64,000 nucleotides of DNA from Pseudomonadota bacterium (GCA_038524325.1 JBCBIS010000001.1:3150-67149), one strand, 5' to 3'. Counted from the first letter of the stretch, positions 40,602 to 50,420 are shown. Numbers and translations: made by a program. Notes: generated by a model not told the origin, from the sequence alone.

Positions 40602-42038
40602 CTAGCTGGCCTCGCTCGGCCGGATCAGGCGGATCTCGGCCCCATAGGTCCCACCCGTCGCGCAGATATCCTCGAGGCTGCGCGCCGCCCCCGTGTGACC
40701 GCCCAGCGCTGCATAGAGCGTCTGCGGCAGGCTGAACTCCAGCGGGGCGACCAGGGCGGGCGTCGGGACATACCCAAACGCGCCGGGCGGCAGGCGGCGC
40801 ACATCGACCATCACGGTGATCCCGCCGCCCGGCCAGACATAGGCCGCGGCCCCGCCCAGGCTGACCCGGGTCTCACCGCCTTGGACCGATCGGGTCAGGG
40901 CGACCGGGTTGCGCGTCACGCCTGCGCGGAGCGAGCCGCCCGCCCCACCGACGAACAGAACGGTGCAGAGGGCGGGTTCGCAATTCTCGGCAATCAGATC
41001 GACCGTCGCCTGCAACGCGCCCGGCATCGGCGCGGGCTGCGGCACCAGCGCGTCGTCGAGGATGAAATGCGCGGCATGTTCCCCCGTGGTCGAGACCATC
41101 AGGAGCGAGAGGCCGGGCCGCGCCCCTTTCTCTGGGCGCCAGGGGCCGAGAATGCCGAGCGGATCCGCGATATCCGTGCCGCCCCAGCCAAGCCCCGGCT
41201 CTGCCACCTGAAAATACCGCCCGGGGGTGGAGCGGCGGCCCTTGATGCGGATGCCGGTGTCGGGCCAGCCGATCACCTTGCCCGCCTGATGCTCCGAAAC
41301 GACGCCGGTGATGTGGTCGTCCACCACCACCACCTCATCCACCAGCCCCTGCCATTGATCGGCGAACATGCCGATGGTGGCCGAGCCGCAGCCGACCCGC
41401 ATCCGCTCCTCGCGCTGCCCGTCGACGATGGGCGCAGCGCCCGCCTGGACCACCACGGTCGAACCGCCATCTATGGTCAACTCCACCGCCTCGCAATTGC
41501 AGAGGCTGAGCAGCGCGTCGCAGGTCGCCCGCCCCTCGGCCTTGGACCCGCCGGTCAGGTGATCGACCCCGCCCAGCGACAGCATCTGCGAGCCGTATTC
41601 CGAGGTCATCACATGGCCGACCGCCTCGCCCCCTGCGCGCACCGTCGCGGCCTCGGCGCCCAGATGGCGGTCGGTATCGATCTTCACCTTGACGCCGCAA
41701 TACGAGAAGATCGCCTCGGTCACCACGGTGACGGTGTCGACCCCGTCAATCTCTTGACTGACGATAAACGGGGCTGGTTTGTAGTCGGGATAGGTGGTGC
41801 CAGAGCCGATGGCCGTCACCTGCATATCGCCCGAGACGCTCTCGCCATCCCACTCCGCCGTCAGGAACGGCTTCACCGGGTCCCCCGCCGCCACGCGATT
41901 GGCGAGGATGGTCAGGGGATCGCAGCGGATAATCTGGCCCGCGTGATTGGCATAGCGATCGCAGGCACCGGTCTGGCCCTCGGCGACATAGCACATCACC
42001 GGGCAGGCATCACAGCGGATCTTTTCCGAAGGAGACAT
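40602..42038 (-). CDS. Fe-S protein annotated in relatives as 6-hydroxynicotinate reductase-like
   Basis: ORF trimmed to the ATG at 42038. N-terminal Cys cluster CDACPVMCYVAEGQTGACDRY. 478 aa. Confidence 0.45.
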   Translation of the reverse strand: MSPSEKIRCDACPVMCYVAEGQTGACDRYANHAGQIIRCDPLTILANRVAAGDPVKPFLTAEWDGESVSGDMQVTAIGSGTTYPDYKPAPFIVSQEIDGVDTVTVVTEAIFSYCGVKVKIDTDRHLGAEAATVRAGGEAVGHVMTSEYGSQMLSLGGVDHLTGGSKAEGRATCDALLSLCNCEAVELTIDGGSTVVVQAGAAPIVDGQREERMRVGCGSATIGMFADQWQGLVDEVVVVDDHITGVVSEHQAGKVIGWPDTGIRIKGRRSTPGRYFQVAEPGLGWGGTDIADPLGILGPWRPEKGARPGLSLLMVSTTGEHAAHFILDDALVPQPAPMPGALQATVDLIAENCEPALCTVLFVGGAGGSLRAGVTRNPVALTRSVQGGETRVSLGGAAAYVWPGGGITVMVDVRRLPPGAFGYVPTPALVAPLEFSLPQTLYAALGGHTGAARSLEDICATGGTYGAEIRLIRPSEAS

Positions 42039-42143
42039 GGGGCGGAGCCTAGCAGCGCACCCGGGGCGGCTCAATCGCCGAGCATCGAGGGCCGCGTTCC
42101 CGGTCCGAAAGCAGGGTCAGTGGTCGCAGGAGGCAAAGTGGGG

Positions 42144-42899
42144 TCACCGGTCCTCCGGGTCCTCCGCCAGCTGCCGCAACGCGTCGACATCGAGGATCAC
42201 GAGGCGCCCCTCCTCACGCCGGACCACGCCCATCCGTGCCAGCGTGCTCAACTGGCGCGACACGGCCTCCCGGTGCGAGCTGATCCTGTCGGCCAGTGTC
42301 TGATGGGTCGGCGACGGATAAAGCACGGCTGTGTTCTCGGCAACGCCCGCGACCTCGACCATGCGCATCAACTCGCGGTGGAGGCGCAGCGCTCCGGGGA
42401 GGATTGAAAACTCCAGCACACGTTCGGTCAGATCCCGCACCAGCCGCGTCAGGCGCTTTAGGAGCATGCGGTTCAGGTCGGGCATATCCTCGATCAGATG
42501 CCAGACATCGCTGGGATTGATCCGCCCGACCAGCGCCTCGGTCTCGGCCACGACCGAGGCCGAACGCTCTCCACCATCGATCAGAGCGACCTCTCCGAAC
42601 ATGTCGCCGGGGCCGAGGCTGCGGAAATCGACGACGCGGCCGGTCTCGGAGTAGATCTTCACCCGCGCCCTTCCTTTCAGCAGAAAGTAGAGATCCCGGT
42701 CCGGCGCCTGATAGGCCACGATCTGTTCGGCCGAGGCGAAACGCCGGACGGTCAGCGCGGCTTCGAGACGCCGCCGGGTCGCAGGATCGAGTTGATCGAG
42801 GAAGGGCGTCGGCAAAGGCGGCTCCAAGGCAGGCAATATCACGACTTGTCTTCTCGCGCGGAACGGGCCCGCCGCCAAGCATGGCGGTCCGTCCCGCAT
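42144..42899 (-). CDS. Crp/Fnr-family transcriptional regulator
   Basis: cNMP-binding fold (FGEVALIDGGERSASV) plus a C-terminal HTH (QTLADRISSHREAVSRQLSTLARMG). Confidence 0.85.
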   Translation of the reverse strand: MRDGPPCLAAGPFRARRQVVILPALEPPLPTPFLDQLDPATRRRLEAALTVRRFASAEQIVAYQAPDRDLYFLLKGRARVKIYSETGRVVDFRSLGPGDMFGEVALIDGGERSASVVAETEALVGRINPSDVWHLIEDMPDLNRMLLKRLTRLVRDLTERVLEFSILPGALRLHRELMRMVEVAGVAENTAVLYPSPTHQTLADRISSHREAVSRQLSTLARMGVVRREEGRLVILDVDALRQLAEDPEDR

Positions 42900-43008
42900 G
42901 CGGCCTTAGGTGTTGGGTGGGCTTTTCGCAACAGGCGGTGCACCCGCATCACGCAGCTGTTTCCACCAGCCTCTTCTCATTCCGTCGGCCAGCGTGAATA
43001 CTGGGCGC

Positions 43009-45228
43009 ATGCCAAGAAGCCTGCCACCGGTCCTCGCCGCCCTATTGCTCTGTCTCTGCCTTCTGCCGATCCCGGTCGAGGCGCAGGTGCCGTTCGGCGT
43101 GGTCGAGAGCGAGAGCACGGCCGAACCCGTGCTTCCCATGGATCTGACGCCGGATCAGGTCGACGGCCTGCTCGCCCGGCTCACCGATGCCGAGATCAGG
43201 GCGCTTTTGGCGAACGAGCTGCATCGCAGGGCCGAGGAGGCCGCGGTCGAGGATATGTCGGGCGGCGAGGCGCTGGCCTATATCACCACGCGCTTGCAGG
43301 AGATGAGCGCGCGGATCGGCGAGCGTGTGCCGCGCTGGACCCGCGCGATCCTCAACCTCGGCGACCGCAGCGAGGTGGTGACCGAGCGTCTGGCGCAGGC
43401 CGAGCGTGGGGTCTCCGGCATGCTGATCGCTGCCCTGGTGGTGGTGACCTCGGGCCTGGCGGCGGGCGCGCTGGCGGGTTGGGCGATCGGCGGCTGGCGG
43501 CGCTGGCTGATGGCGCCGCAGCGGGGCAGCTATTGGGACAAGGTGATCCGCACGCTGGTGTTGGGCGCCTTGGATTGCGTGCCGATCCTGGCGTTCTGGC
43601 TGGTCACGGCGCCGGTCATCAGCCTGTCCTCGGCGGCGCTGGGGCCGCTGAGCAACCTCAATTGGATCTACACGGTCGGCGTGATCTATAGCTGGGGCGG
43701 GCTGGTGATCGCCCGGCGCCTGTTCGCCCCCGATGCGCCCGAGATCCGGATCGCACCGCTCGACGATGCGCTGGCGCGGCGGCTCTATCGCACGATCCGG
43801 CCTGCGGCGATGGTCGCGGCGCTGGCCTGGATCGGCGGCGGGGTCTGGCTGCATCTCGGCTATGGCTTTCCGCCGGCGCTGACCACCGTGGCCCTGGGCG
43901 GGACCGTGGTGGGCGCGATCCTGCTCTATGCGGTGCTCAGCAATATCGACCGGATCCGCGACGCGACGCGGGCGGTGTTCGGGGCCGAGAGCGGCGCCCT
44001 CTCGCGCATCGCGGTCGGAACGGCGCCCTGGCTGCTGACGCTCTATGTCGGGGTCGCCTATCTCTTTTGGCTGGCCCATTGGCTCGAGCGGGGGCAGCAT
44101 CAACTGTTGGGCCCGGCGGGAACACTGATCGTCTATGTCACCCTGCCCGTCTTCGACCGGCTGGGCCGCGAGATCATCCGCTCGATCGTCTCCGGCTCCT
44201 CCGCGCTGACCGAGCGGTTCCGCGGGGTGTTCTTCCGGGCGTGGCGGGTCGCCCTGGGGATCGCCGCGCTGGTGCTGGTGCTGGCGCTCTGGGGGCTCGA
44301 CCTGCCCCGGTTCCTCGCTGGGCCGCTCGCACCCGGTTGGATCGGCACCGCGATCGATGTGGCCGTCACGCTGCTGATCACATGGCTGATCTGGGAGCTG
44401 ATCAAGGCCGCGCTCCACTCCGACAAGAAATTCATCGCCGCCGGAGAAGATGTCGACCCGGCCACGGCGCCGAAGGCGACCCGGCTCGACACGCTGACAC
44501 CGCTGTTTCGCAATGTCCTGCTGGCCTTCGTTCTCGCCATCGGCGCAATGTTCATGCTCAGCACCGCCGGGGTCGATATCGGGCCGCTGCTCGCCTCGGC
44601 CGGGATCCTCGGGATCGCGGTCGGGTTCGGCGCGCAGGCCCTGGTGCGCGACATCTTCTCGGGCATGTTCTTCCTGATCGACGATGCCTTCCGTGTCGGC
44701 GAGTATATCGAGCTCTCCGAGGAGTTGCGCGGCGATGTCGAGAGCATCTCGATCCGCTCGCTGCAATTGCGCCACCATCGCGGGCCGGTGATCACCATCC
44801 CGTTCGGCGAGATGAAGAACATCATCAATCACACCCGCGACTGGGTGCTCTACAAAATGTCGTTCCGGATGGAGCCCGAGACCGACCCCAAACAGTTCAA
44901 GAAACTGGTCAAACGGGTCGGCGCCGAGTTCATGGAACACCCCGATCATGGCCACAAATTCTTCGAGCCACTCAAGAGCCAGGGGGTCTATTACGTCGAT
45001 GACGACAGCGCCCTGGTCTTCCGGGTCAAATTCAAATGCAAGCCGCGGGCGCAATTCGTCCTGCGCCGCGAGATCAACCATCGCCTCCGCGAGGTGTTCG
45101 AAGCGAACGGGCTGAAACTGGCACGGCGGAAGGTCGAAATCGTCTCGGGCGACGAACCGGCGACCGAGGGCCCCCGCCTGCCCGGCGTCTCGGACGAGGT
45201 GCTCGAGGTCACATCCGCCGGGCCATAG
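43009..45228 (+). CDS. Mechanosensitive ion channel family protein (MscS/MscK-like, large)
   Basis: The ATG at 43009 gives a signal peptide MPRSLPPVLAALLLCLCLLPIPVEA. Multiple TM helices. MscS core GIAVGFGAQALVRDIFSGMFFLIDDAFRVGEYIEL. Confidence 0.88.
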   Translation: MPRSLPPVLAALLLCLCLLPIPVEAQVPFGVVESESTAEPVLPMDLTPDQVDGLLARLTDAEIRALLANELHRRAEEAAVEDMSGGEALAYITTRLQEMSARIGERVPRWTRAILNLGDRSEVVTERLAQAERGVSGMLIAALVVVTSGLAAGALAGWAIGGWRRWLMAPQRGSYWDKVIRTLVLGALDCVPILAFWLVTAPVISLSSAALGPLSNLNWIYTVGVIYSWGGLVIARRLFAPDAPEIRIAPLDDALARRLYRTIRPAAMVAALAWIGGGVWLHLGYGFPPALTTVALGGTVVGAILLYAVLSNIDRIRDATRAVFGAESGALSRIAVGTAPWLLTLYVGVAYLFWLAHWLERGQHQLLGPAGTLIVYVTLPVFDRLGREIIRSIVSGSSALTERFRGVFFRAWRVALGIAALVLVLALWGLDLPRFLAGPLAPGWIGTAIDVAVTLLITWLIWELIKAALHSDKKFIAAGEDVDPATAPKATRLDTLTPLFRNVLLAFVLAIGAMFMLSTAGVDIGPLLASAGILGIAVGFGAQALVRDIFSGMFFLIDDAFRVGEYIELSEELRGDVESISIRSLQLRHHRGPVITIPFGEMKNIINHTRDWVLYKMSFRMEPETDPKQFKKLVKRVGAEFMEHPDHGHKFFEPLKSQGVYYVDDDSALVFRVKFKCKPRAQFVLRREINHRLREVFEANGLKLARRKVEIVSGDEPATEGPRLPGVSDEVLEVTSAGP

Positions 45229-45304
45229 GGCCGCGCTTTATCCTGTGGTTCTCCAGAGACTGGCTGCCCCAAGACCACCCAATCGGACAACGCCAATAAC
45301 CAAA

Positions 45305-45336
45305 GAAAAAGCGCCCCCGGACCGGGGGCGCTTTGA
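45305..45336. terminator. Bidirectional rho-independent terminator between convergent genes
   Basis: AAAAA-GCGCCCCC-GGACC-GGGGGCGC-TTTGA. 8-bp GC stem (45311-45318 and 45324-45331). Confidence 0.75.
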
Positions 45337-45371
45337 TCTTGTTGACGTGATCGAGGTCAGTTGACCTCGGA

Positions 45372-48300
45372 TCAGTCGGTGAATTCCTGGTTGACGACTT
45401 CGATCGTGATGATCGCGGTGTCGGTGGCGCCAGTGTCGTCGACGATCTCGTACTCGACCTGGGTGAAGACCGACTGACCGATCTCCAGCGCCGGGAACTC
45501 GCCGCTGATGCCCAGGAAGTCGCCGTCGATGTCGCGGAACTCGATCTGACCGGTGGTGCTGACCCGGACCTCACCGCCGCGCGAGGCGTCGACAAAGCCG
45601 AAGAAGCCTTCCGCATCAGGCGTGGTGTCGTTGCCGACCCGGCTGACTTGGAAGTTGTCGCCATCCGGGTCGAAATCGATCCCGCCGAGCGAGGCTAGGG
45701 TGCCGTCCTGCTCGGTGCCGGCGAGGGCGTTGCCGAGTTGGAAGATCACCGGCTGGAACTCGTCATCGAACAGCGTGAGCACCTGGATCGGGCCACGATT
45801 GTCGTCGACGGCCACGACGGTCGAGGGGATCTCGATCTCGACGCCGGCATCGACATCGGTGACATCGGCGCCATCCACGACGATGATGTCGGTCCGGCCT
45901 TCGCCTTCGTCCTGTTCGATGATGACATCCGAGTCGATATCGTCGGCCGAGTTGATCCCGTTCGGGCCCACATTCGGGTCGACGAAGTTCAGGTTCGCCC
46001 CGGGTGCGCCGAACTCGACGATGTAGTTGCCGTTCTCGACATCCTCGAAGACATAGGAGCCGTCCGACATTGTCTGGACCGTGTCGAGCACCGTGACCTC
46101 GTCATCGCCATCGATCAGCAGAACCGTGCGATCATCGAGACCCGGCTCGGCTTCGCCGACATCCAGATTGTCGCCATCGGTGTCCTCGAAATACCGGCCC
46201 GAGATCGTGAACGTATCGGTCAGCCCGGTGACGGTGACGACCGCGGTCGAGGGGTTAGTCGCCCCGGCCGCATCCTGCACGACATAGTTGACCGAGGTGA
46301 CCTCGGACTGACCGTCGTTCAGATCCTCGAACTCACCATTCGGATCGAAGGTGACGCCGCCGTCCTGGTCGATAATGAACAGACCGCCATTCGAGCCCGC
46401 GACGATGATCGGCGCGTTCTCGTCTGTCGGCGTGCCCTCGACGCTGAGGACGATCGGATCGCCCGCTTCGGGGTCGACCGTGTTGTCCAGCAGGTTGTCG
46501 AGCGCGATGGCGGTGTCCTCATCGGTCTCGCCGCTCTCATCGAGATCGTCGAGATCGTTCACGCCGACCACGGTCACGGTCGAAGTCGACTCGACCGTCG
46601 CCCCATCCTGATCTTCGACCGAGTAGGTGACGGTGGTCTCGAGCAGCTGACCCTCGGCCAGGAACTCAAACTCGCCATTGGTGTCGAAGGTCTGGGTGCC
46701 GTCTTCGCCGATGGTGAAGATGCCGCCATTCGAGCCCGCGGCCGACACCGGCATCGACATCGAGAGGGCGACGCCCGCCACCACGGTGACGAACGGATCG
46801 CCCGCCTCGGGATCTTGGGTATTGGCCAGCACGTTGTCGATGCTGTTGACGCCCGAGTCCTCGCCGACCGTCGCGAACTCGTCGCCATCGGCCAGTTCGT
46901 TCTCGCCGGTCACGGTCACGGTGATGGTCGAGACATTGGTGTCGCCGGCATCGTCCTGGACGGTGTAGCTCAGGGTCACCGTGGCGCTGTCATCGGGGCC
47001 GAGCCCGTCGAACTCGCCATTCGGGTCGAAGCTCGCCGTGCCATCCGCGTTGATCGTGAACAGCCCGCCGCCGACGCCCGGCACGGTCACCGAGCCGCCC
47101 GGAGCGATCGGCTCGCCGCCCGCATCGATCACGGTCGGGTCGCCCGCCTCGGGATCGAACGTGTTGGCCAGCAGGTTGTCGATATCGACCGGCGTGTCCT
47201 GGTCGGTCGTCGCGCTCTCGTCCAGATCGTCGAGATCGTTGACCCCGATCACGGTGACCGTGCTGGTCGAGACATCGGTCAGACCATCGGCATCGGTGAC
47301 GGTGTAGGTCACCGAGGTGACGGCTTCCTCACCCTCGGCCAGCGCCTCGAACTCGCCATTGGTGTCGAAGGTCGCGGTGCCGTCCGCGGCAATGGTGAAG
47401 ACACCGCCGCCCGAGCCCGCCACGGCATCGCCCGGCGCGTTGCCCGCCACATCGGTGACGGTCGGCACCCCGGCCTCCGGATCAACCGTGTTGGCCAGTA
47501 CGTTGTCGATGGCGTTGACGCCCGAGTCCTCGCCGACCGTCGCGAACTCGTCGCCATCGGCCAGTTCGTTCTCGCCGGTCACGGTCACGGTGATGGTCGA
47601 GACATTGGTGTCGCCGGCATCGTCCTGGACGGTGTAGCTCAGGGTCACCGTGGCGCTGTCATCGGGGCCGAGCCCGTCGAACTCGCCATTCGGGTCGAAG
47701 CTCGCCGTGCCATCCGCGTTGATCGTGAACAGCCCGCCGCCGACGCCCGGCACGGTCACCGAGCCGCCCGGAGCGATCGGCTCGCCGCCCGCATCGATCA
47801 CGGTCGGGTCGCCCGCCTCGGGATCGAACGTGTTGGCCAGCAGGTTGTCGATATCGACCGGCGTGTCCTGGTCGGTCGTCGCGCTCTCGTCCAGATCGTC
47901 GAGATCGTTGACCCCGATCACGGTGACCGTGCTGGTCGAGACATCGGTCAGACCATCGGCATCGGTGACGGTGTAGGTCACCGAGGTGACGGCTTCCTCA
48001 CCCTCGGCCAGCGCCTCGAACTCGCCATTGGTGTCGAAGGTCGCGGTGCCGTCCGCGGCAATGGTGAAGACACCGCCGCCCGAGCCCGCCACGGCATCGC
48101 CCGGCGCGTTGCCCGCCACATCGGTGACGGTCGGCACCCCGGCCTCCGGATCAACCGTGTTGGCCAGCACGTTGTCGATGCTGTTGACGCCCGAGTCCTC
48201 GCCGACCGTCGCGAACTCGTCGCCATCGGCAAGCGTGTTCGCGGCCTGACCCGGCACGAAGCAGAGGTCATCGATGGCGCCCGAGCCGTTCAGGTCGATC

Positions 48301-49961
48301 TCGAGGCTGACGATGTCGTCCAGCTCGATCATCACCTGGGCCACGCCGCCATTGGCGATGCGCGGGATCTCGATGGTGGTGACGACGCCGTCGGCGTCGG
48401 TCGCGGTGATGGTGCCGCCTTCTTCAGTGTCGATCACCTTGATGTCGAACACTTCCGAGGGATTGTCGAAGGTGAAGGTCAGCGCGCCGCCGATGGCGTC
48501 ATCCGGGTCGGAACTGTCGCCGTCTTCCGACACGATCAACACGTTGCCGAGCTGAGTCACCTGGGTCTCGAGGTCGCCATCGCCGCCGGTCGGGTTCTGG
48601 CTGTCGAAGATCATCGCTTCGCCCGAGCCGCCGGTGGCCGAGATGGTCACGCCATCGACCTGGTCGGTGATAACATCGCCCGCCTGGAACTGGCTGAAAT
48701 CGATTTTGACGGCGTCCGGGTCATCGCATTCTTCGAACTCGACTTTGTCGAAGGTGATCTTGTCGATCCGGATGAACTCTCCGTCATCCTTGCGGCCCTT
48801 GAAGGTGATTTCGGCGCCAGCCGGGATCTCGACGCCGCTCAACGTGACCTCGGAGAACTGGGTGATATGCCCGCCACTGCCGTCGGTGTTCTTGTTGAGC
48901 TCGAAGCAGCCGACAAATTCGCCATCGACGAAGATGTCGATAAAGCCTTCGCCGTCGTTCTCATCAACCACTGTCAGGGTGATGTCATAGACGCAGCTTT
49001 CGCCCGGGAATTCCTTCAAGGTGGCGTAGCCGGTCTCCTCTTTCAGCTTGATCAACTCGCGGCCCGAGGCTGCGTCGACATGCGAGGTGCCATAGCCGTT
49101 GAGGTGCAGGTCCTCGGCCTCGATGCAGATGGAGTCGCCATTCGGCGGCACTTCCACATCCTTGAGGCCTGCATCGACATCGTGGATGGCAACGCCGCTT
49201 TTCACAGTGATTACGTCGGTCAGACCGCTGGCGTCAGCATCCGAGTCGTAGTGATCATCGACCCCTGAGTCCTTCGCCGAAAACTCTTTGCCTTCGAGCA
49301 GGGGGAATTTCACCCGATAGTCGCCCGGGGGAACATCGAACTGATAATTGCCATAGCCGTCGGTCACCGATGTAGCGACAACATTGCCCTGCAAGTCCAG
49401 CAGTTCGACGGTCGCGCCTTCGATGCCTTCATCCCATTGACCCGTCTGGTCGTTCCACTCGTTGTCGTTGCAGTCCGCATCGTGGGTCAGGCGTCCTTTT
49501 ACCCAACCCGGCTCTTCGACTTTGTCGCCTGCCGAGATATCCTCGAATTTGATTTCGTTTTTCGTAGTGACGTTCTTGCAGCTTACAACATCCAGCCGCG
49601 CGCCCGCCGGGGGAACATCGCCCACGAAAGAGAAGAAGTCCGCGCCGGAGCCCGGACGCTCGATCTCAACGAGGGTGTAGTGGTGGCCGTTCTGATCGAC
49701 GACGGTAAAGGTTTTCTCGGCATAGATGCTGACATGGCTGTCGATGACCTGGCCGTCCTTGACGATCTCGGCGGTTTGGCCGTGCTTGTCATTCGACTGT
49801 TCGTTCTTTATCGAGTCTCCGGACAGTTTGTTGTCATTGTCCTTGACGGTGAAACACACGGTCGGCTCGCCGGGCATGGTGAAATGCGACCCGACTTTGA
49901 TATTGCCCGCGTTGAGGTCTTTCTCCTCATACGCCGTGAATTCGAATGTTTTATTGGTCAT
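45372..49961 (-). CDS. Giant VCBS/cadherin-like repeat surface protein with SdrD-B-like and CBM-like domains
   Basis: 1529 aa. At least nine units of about 110 aa ending in ...TVTV.G.ND. Two Cna-B/SdrD-B-like segments (GNYQFDVPPGDYRVKF; GSYVFEDVENGNYIVEF). CBM6/35-like segment (CIEAEDLHLNGYG...). No signal peptide (MTNKTFEFTAYEEKD). Confidence 0.7.
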   Translation of the reverse strand: MTNKTFEFTAYEEKDLNAGNIKVGSHFTMPGEPTVCFTVKDNDNKLSGDSIKNEQSNDKHGQTAEIVKDGQVIDSHVSIYAEKTFTVVDQNGHHYTLVEIERPGSGADFFSFVGDVPPAGARLDVVSCKNVTTKNEIKFEDISAGDKVEEPGWVKGRLTHDADCNDNEWNDQTGQWDEGIEGATVELLDLQGNVVATSVTDGYGNYQFDVPPGDYRVKFPLLEGKEFSAKDSGVDDHYDSDADASGLTDVITVKSGVAIHDVDAGLKDVEVPPNGDSICIEAEDLHLNGYGTSHVDAASGRELIKLKEETGYATLKEFPGESCVYDITLTVVDENDGEGFIDIFVDGEFVGCFELNKNTDGSGGHITQFSEVTLSGVEIPAGAEITFKGRKDDGEFIRIDKITFDKVEFEECDDPDAVKIDFSQFQAGDVITDQVDGVTISATGGSGEAMIFDSQNPTGGDGDLETQVTQLGNVLIVSEDGDSSDPDDAIGGALTFTFDNPSEVFDIKVIDTEEGGTITATDADGVVTTIEIPRIANGGVAQVMIELDDIVSLEIDLNGSGAIDDLCFVPGQAANTLADGDEFATVGEDSGVNSIDNVLANTVDPEAGVPTVTDVAGNAPGDAVAGSGGGVFTIAADGTATFDTNGEFEALAEGEEAVTSVTYTVTDADGLTDVSTSTVTVIGVNDLDDLDESATTDQDTPVDIDNLLANTFDPEAGDPTVIDAGGEPIAPGGSVTVPGVGGGLFTINADGTASFDPNGEFDGLGPDDSATVTLSYTVQDDAGDTNVSTITVTVTGENELADGDEFATVGEDSGVNAIDNVLANTVDPEAGVPTVTDVAGNAPGDAVAGSGGGVFTIAADGTATFDTNGEFEALAEGEEAVTSVTYTVTDADGLTDVSTSTVTVIGVNDLDDLDESATTDQDTPVDIDNLLANTFDPEAGDPTVIDAGGEPIAPGGSVTVPGVGGGLFTINADGTASFDPNGEFDGLGPDDSATVTLSYTVQDDAGDTNVSTITVTVTGENELADGDEFATVGEDSGVNSIDNVLANTQDPEAGDPFVTVVAGVALSMSMPVSAAGSNGGIFTIGEDGTQTFDTNGEFEFLAEGQLLETTVTYSVEDQDGATVESTSTVTVVGVNDLDDLDESGETDEDTAIALDNLLDNTVDPEAGDPIVLSVEGTPTDENAPIIVAGSNGGLFIIDQDGGVTFDPNGEFEDLNDGQSEVTSVNYVVQDAAGATNPSTAVVTVTGLTDTFTISGRYFEDTDGDNLDVGEAEPGLDDRTVLLIDGDDEVTVLDTVQTMSDGSYVFEDVENGNYIVEFGAPGANLNFVDPNVGPNGINSADDIDSDVIIEQDEGEGRTDIIVVDGADVTDVDAGVEIEIPSTVVAVDDNRGPIQVLTLFDDEFQPVIFQLGNALAGTEQDGTLASLGGIDFDPDGDNFQVSRVGNDTTPDAEGFFGFVDASRGGEVRVSTTGQIEFRDIDGDFLGISGEFPALEIGQSVFTQVEYEIVDDTGATDTAIITIEVVNQEFTD
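46851..48231. repeat. Near-perfect 669-bp tandem duplication (about 2.06 copies) inside the giant repeat gene
   Basis: GCCCGAGTCC... recurs at 46851, 47520 and 48189. Copies 1 and 2 are identical by eye except for about 3 substitutions near their high-coordinate ends (e.g. CCAGTA vs CCAGCA). ORF-track fragments 46981..47307 and 47650..47976 translate identically. Confidence 0.9.
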
Positions 49962-50420
49962 TCCCCAGTCCCTCTACTCTTGATGCCGAGTGCCGCTCCC
50001 AGCCGCTCGACCCACCACAACCACGTCGCCGCGCCGTTCTGAGCGCATGTAAACGACAGACGCCTTCAGGCGATCCGCTCTCAAAGGGATCCTGTACCGA
50101 GTTCGCGTCAAGTTCGTGATGAAATTTACACGAAATTGGGCCAAAAACCAGCGGCGGCGCAGCTGTGCCAGAATTCTTTCCCCGCTGCGCGAAACTGCGA
50201 CAAGGTTATGTCCTGTTTCGACACATTCACAGCTTCGTGAGCACGTTGCGGTTGTGCAATAGAACCTTCCGGACCGCAAAGTTCCAAAAAACACCAATCG
50301 AGCACCGGTAAGGTCGCTGGACCAACACCACCGGCCACAGGCGATCACACACGAATCACTTTTGGTTAATCAATGAAATCCGCCGGATTTCACCGCGCAG
50401 GAATTCCCCGCGACGGGCAC

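Noticed and set aside
46851-48231. Regular repeats, considered as a CRISPR array or satellite.
   Set aside because: The period is 669 bp and there are no short repeat/spacer units. The repeats are in-frame coding modules of the 1529-aa protein.
45372-49961. RTX/T1SS substrate call for the giant repeat protein.
   Set aside because: No GGxGxD nonapeptide repeats were seen; the recurring GSGGGVFTI / GVGGGLFTI are part of the VCBS modules. No ABC/MFP genes are adjacent. The export route is left open.
49974-50348. 124-aa minus-strand ORF (and 50126..50338, 50356..50601) in the non-coding region between adhI and the giant gene.
   Set aside because: No ribosome-binding site. Odd composition rich in Cys, Arg and Trp. 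The ORFs overlap terminator hairpins and are more likely a leader or promoter region.
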